This document shows, piece by piece, positions 63,363 to 64,000 of a stretch of 64,000 bases of DNA. Position 1 is the stretch's first letter, and every line of letters begins with the position of its first letter. Both the position numbers and the translations under genes were made by a program. Under the pieces are notes generated by a model, which saw nothing but the letters and a program-made list of their open reading frames with translations, was not told the origin of the DNA and did not search any database. Location of the stretch: positions 153,760,001 through 153,824,000 of the forward strand of contig OX597814.1 in the NCBI GenBank assembly GCA_951406725.2, in the 5' to 3' direction. Source of the stretch: Octopus vulgaris. Lineage: Eukaryota.

Positions 63363-63574
63363 TTCTAGTTTTTTATTGTTAGAAAGTCAGTTACAGATAA
63401 GATAGTGACAGGCTGTACAAACTTTGGTGTATTTACCACATTTCTGCAAATATTAACTACTGATAAATGGAGTTCAATACTTAAATCAAATATTATATAG
63501 TTGTCAATCATTGTTTCCAGATTTCAGATATTGATTTTTATTCATAACTAATGCAACTTATTCTCCTGTACGTT

Positions 63575-63637
63575 AATTATTATTATTATTATTATTATTA
63601 TTATAATTATTATTATTATTATTATTATTACTACTAC

Positions 63638-63682
<45 letters not shown>

Positions 63683-63730
63683 CATTATTATCATTATTAT
63701 CATTATTATCATTATTATTATTATTATTAT
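63575..63730. repeat. (ATT)n microsatellite with ACT/ATC variants
   Basis: Direct reading. Confidence 0.97.
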
Positions 63731-64000
63731 TTTCTTTCTTTCAGTATTTGCATTAGTTGGTACTTAGAGAGATAGGGGGAGGGCAGTGTGTGTATGAGTG
63801 CATGTGTTTTTCTTCTCCCAGTCTGTTTAAATATTTTCCTTAAATTGCAAAGTCTTCAATACATTTTCTCTTTATTTTGTTTTTTTTTGCTTTCAGTTGA
63901 GAAGAATTTCTGTGAAGCTACATAAACATTCAAGAGACAGTAAACAATAAATTTGCTACACACTCTTTAATGATGATGATGGTGGTGGTGGTGGTGGTGG

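Overview
AT-rich, repeat-saturated eukaryotic DNA, intronic or intergenic. The SINE, LINE and microsatellite content is what I recognise from octopus (coleoid cephalopod) genomes; that assignment is an inference. I cannot support any intact host protein-coding gene, and almost all ORFs in the track are microsatellite or repeat artefacts. The window contains: (1) at least five tRNA-derived or RTE-tailed SINE-like families in many copies, labelled A-E here for convenience; (2) 5'-truncated RTE LINEs whose 3' UTR carries a variable-number 62-bp tandem repeat and a (GAT)n tail; (3) a full-length decayed hAT/Buster transposon (9097-13807, 8-bp TSD TACTAACT) whose transposase N-terminus is inverted between nested elements, some carrying TTAGGG repeats; (4) a second hAT remnant, hAT and mariner MITEs, a 4-kb non-autonomous Helitron with an A/T-tract satellite, and a CR1-group LINE remnant; (5) Penelope-like (PLE) remnants. 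The most notable signal is a set of type-I hammerhead-ribozyme-like motifs with palindromic helix III, mostly next to (TA)n tracts. Four distinct ones cluster in about 1.1 kb at 44.2-45.3 kb, and one three-copy family has a non-canonical CUGUNGA core. All boundaries were read by eye and most are approximate, except where TSDs or arms are quoted.
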